From positions 156,985-220,984 of the forward strand of contig CAVYDY010000004.1 in assembly GCA_963767495.1 (NCBI GenBank): a stretch of 64,000 bases of DNA, read 5' to 3'. Both the position numbers and the translations under genes were made by a program. Origin of the DNA: an uncultured Chloroflexia bacterium. Lineage in GTDB: Bacteria; Chloroflexota; Anaerolineae; Promineifilales; Promineifilaceae. Within the stretch, counting starts at the first letter, position 1. Each line of letters begins with the position of its first letter. Positions 61,693 through 64,000 of this stretch are shown piece by piece. The notes below the pieces were generated by a model. The model worked only from the letters and a program-made list of their open reading frames with translations. It was not told where the DNA came from and searched no databases.

Positions 61693-62565
61693 CTACTCCG
61701 CCTGGCGATAACCGGAATGGTTCGCCAGGAATTCTTCGACAAACGGCCCATTCACCTGAAAATCATCAGTGGAAAGAAGCTCTAGGCAGAGGTGCAGCCC
61801 AAGCAGGCAAATGCTGCGCGGGTAGCCGCGTGTTTCCTGCCAGATGGGCATAATCGCGTCGTCGGTAAACAACGGCTGCAGTTTACTATCCCGTCCCGCG
61901 GCCAGCAGCCTGTACTCGATGAGGGACTTGGTGTCATCAGGCGTCAAGGGATCAAGCGAGGATCGCGTGGCCACACGATCATTGAAGTCAGGCACAGTGC
62001 GCAGCTTTAGGTCAAGCTCAGGCCGGCCAAGCAAAATCAACTGGTACGCCTTCCCCCCTTTGGGATCGCGGTAGTTCAACAGACTGCGCAGGGCGAGAAA
62101 CTGCTCCTCTTCCAATTCATGCGCTTCATCGATGATCAACAGCGGCAAGATACCTTCCTCCGCCTTCTGGGTAAGGAACGTGCGCAGTTCATTCATCTGG
62201 TGCTCAGTCGCGCGCCGCGTGCGCAGCCCAAATTCGGCAGCGATGCGGCGCAAGAGCAGCAGGCCGCTGCGCTTCGGCGGCTCATCGACACGCGCGGGAA
62301 TAAAATCAGGTCGCCTTTGGTAGCGGCTGAAAAACCAGGAGGCCAAAGTCGTCTTGCCGGTCCCCACCTCGCCAACCACGACGGACGCACCCTGCGCAGC
62401 CTCAACCATATAGCTGACTTTGGACAGCGCCCGCCTAGTCTCCGTCGAGAGGTACATGAAGCGCGGATCCGCTTCAATACTGAATGGCGGCACCACCATA
62501 CCAATGCGGTTCCAATTGGGATTGATGCCGCTGATACCAATGCTGGTCTGCAAATCAATTGCCAT
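61693..62565 (-). CDS. ExeA/TniB-like AAA+ ATPase (AAA_22 type)
   Basis: Walker A VVGEVGTGKTTL. Walker B LLIIDEAHEL. Then LILLGRPEL...RVATRSSLDPL...IEYRL..AG......F...A......TRGYPRSI, which follows the ExeA (COG3267) pattern. Confidence 0.8.
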   Translation of the reverse strand: MAIDLQTSIGISGINPNWNRIGMVVPPFSIEADPRFMYLSTETRRALSKVSYMVEAAQGASVVVGEVGTGKTTLASWFFSRYQRRPDFIPARVDEPPKRSGLLLLRRIAAEFGLRTRRATEHQMNELRTFLTQKAEEGILPLLIIDEAHELEEEQFLALRSLLNYRDPKGGKAYQLILLGRPELDLKLRTVPDFNDRVATRSSLDPLTPDDTKSLIEYRLLAAGRDSKLQPLFTDDAIMPIWQETRGYPRSICLLGLHLCLELLSTDDFQVNGPFVEEFLANHSGYRQAE

Positions 62566-62665
62566 AACTTATCCCCACGGCGCCAGCAGGCGCTGATTAT
62601 CTTCCATGTAATGGCTAGATTGTAACAACGATAGCGTTTCAATACAAGCCGAGCCCATTAGATCG

Positions 62666-62694
62666 TTGACATCGCCATTCTATTCTGCTAGACT
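62666..62694 (+). promoter_or_regulatory. near-consensus sigma-70 promoter pointing right
   Basis: TTGACA (62666-62671), 17-nt spacer, TAGACT (62689-62694), within an AT-rich intergenic region. Confidence 0.4.
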
Positions 62695-63231
62695 GCCGAT
62701 TATGGTATAAATCTGGCAATATAGGCATATAGATGCTATATTTTCACAATGTATAGCCTATTATGAAGCTGGCATTCGCGAAGAAACGGTTCAAAAAGCA
62801 TTGATTTAGCCGCTATGAAGATCAGTGGAGTGATGATTATTGGAAGCGCAGCAGGGGAGAATGGCACCCCTGGCGTGAGGTCAACGAAGAAATGGCGACG
62901 GCCGCCTGAGTCGCGCGGCCGTTATTGCGCCTGCTAAGGGCGCTAGAAAAGACAACGGCCAGACGCCGCCACGTCTGGCCTACATTCATACACCCGTAAG
63001 CTATACCTCTGCTTATGTGCCGCCAACACGAAAAACAGAGCCCCTTCATTGGGGAGGGGGAATTTGTATCCCTTTTGCATAGCTCACTAGCTAGGTATGA
63101 GCATAACACAGCCGATCTACGATGTCAACCAGGCAGTAAGGACATTATCGGGCTGTTAACGGAGCAGACTTCGGCCGCCGCCAATGGCCGTAGATGCTCC
63201 TGTTATGTCTACCTGAAAGAGTGGCAACGCT

Positions 63232-64000
63232 TTGAAAGAGAAGCAGCCAGCGGCCGACCGCCATCGGATCCTGGCGGATGCACAGCAGCTATTGATGGCC
63301 CGGCGCGCCGCACTGCGCCAGGCCAGGAAAGGGAGCAATATCTCCCCGACGTTCGCTGATCCCGGCCGCTCCCCCCACCCTGAACCAGACAAATCCAATC
63401 GGACAACTTCGCTCGCTGAACTGGCCGCGGCAGTCGACAGCCTTCCTCCCCATTTGGGCTGGGGCAGCAAGGCACAAACGGCTGTCTTGCGCGCCGCAGC
63501 ACGGCGGCGCCGCAGCACACCATCGCCGGCCGATGAGAAGCCGGCCTGGTCAACGCCTACAGCACCATGCCCACCGAGAGCCAACGCACCGGACGAGCGC
63601 AGCGAGTCCAACTTCTCCGCCGACGGCCGTATTTCTCTGGCGCCGTCGCTGGGACTGGCCATTCTGCGCCACAATCAGGCGGCTGCAGCCCGCTTGTGGC
63701 TGCTGCTGCGCGCCCTTGATCAACAGGGGCGGGGCGCGATCTCCCGCGAACACGCACACAGCGCCTTCACGGACAAAACATCGGCGCTGCACATCTGCGG
63801 ACGCCGCCATCTGCGCAACCTGCTCAACGCCGGCAGCGGACTTTTCTGGGAAGTGGACGACAGGATGATCTGGCTGCGATCGGCTGTGCATGTGGCGCGT
63901 TCACTCGGCGTTGCTCATTTTCGCGGCCAGGACGTGGCCCTACCGGTCAAGGCGCTCACCGGCGGCATTGGCGCCGTGCGCGCTAACCTATTCGCCAGCT
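63232..64000 (+). CDS. hypothetical protein, 3'-truncated by the window end (not in the supplied ORF track); start uncertain (TTG 63232 or ATG 63295)
   Basis: The frame with codons starting at 63232, 63235 and so on is open from 63217 to nt 63999. It reads ..ISLAPSLGLAILRHNQAAAARLWLLLRALDQQGRGAISREHAHSAFTDKTSALHICGRRHLRNLLNAGSGLFWEVDDRMIWLRSAVHVARSLGVAHFRGQDVALPVKALTGGIGAVRANLFAS. The C-terminal half is protein-like and the N-terminal half is low-complexity. Confidence 0.5.
   Translation, partial: MKEKQPAADRHRILADAQQLLMARRAALRQARKGSNISPTFADPGRSPHPEPDKSNRTTSLAELAAAVDSLPPHLGWGSKAQTAVLRAAARRRRSTPSPADEKPAWSTPTAPCPPRANAPDERSESNFSADGRISLAPSLGLAILRHNQAAAARLWLLLRALDQQGRGAISREHAHSAFTDKTSALHICGRRHLRNLLNAGSGLFWEVDDRMIWLRSAVHVARSLGVAHFRGQDVALPVKALTGGIGAVRANLFAS

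Noticed and set aside
62815-62940. Short ORFs (13 aa at 62763 and 41 aa at 62815) in the AT-rich control region
   Set aside because: No convincing RBS, and the peptides are basic and low-complexity. They cannot be supported from sequence alone.

Overview
High-GC (roughly 60% by eye) bacterial chromosomal segment. The 16S sequence and gene content suggest Chloroflexota, but this is tentative. I can support about 45 protein-coding genes. There is a complete rRNA operon on the minus strand (16S, tRNA-Ile, tRNA-Ala, 23S, 5S at 54.6-60.0 kb). There is one ISAs1-family insertion sequence with 18-bp inverted repeats and a 10-bp target duplication. A copper operon (csoR-copZ-copA) has a recognisable CsoR operator. 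Housekeeping genes include cysS, dapF, fba, add and panE. Two very large STAND-type signalling proteins stand out. One is a ZnF-UBP-linked adenylate cyclase-NTPase-TPR protein (8968-12471). The other is an 1809-aa SARP-kinase-STAND-TM-WD40 protein (22606-28035) beside an AT-rich islet and phased direct repeats. Four further observations deserve attention. (1) The 8-bp palindrome ACGGCCGT occurs at least 38 times by hand count against about 2 expected, in genes on both strands and in non-coding DNA, like a highly iterated palindrome. (2) Three genes (hybrid kinase/Hpt, copA, APH-like kinase) are each broken by an apparent 1-nt deletion. This pattern suggests consensus indel errors as much as real pseudogenes. 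(3) At the right end there is an ExeA-like AAA ATPase plus AT-hook protein operon, then an AT-rich control region, then a >255-codon ORF that runs off the window and is missing from the ORF track. (4) About 760 bp of GC-rich DNA upstream of the rRNA operon has no credible ORF. No CRISPR array, integrase or clear prophage was seen. All function calls come from motif recognition by eye, not database searches.
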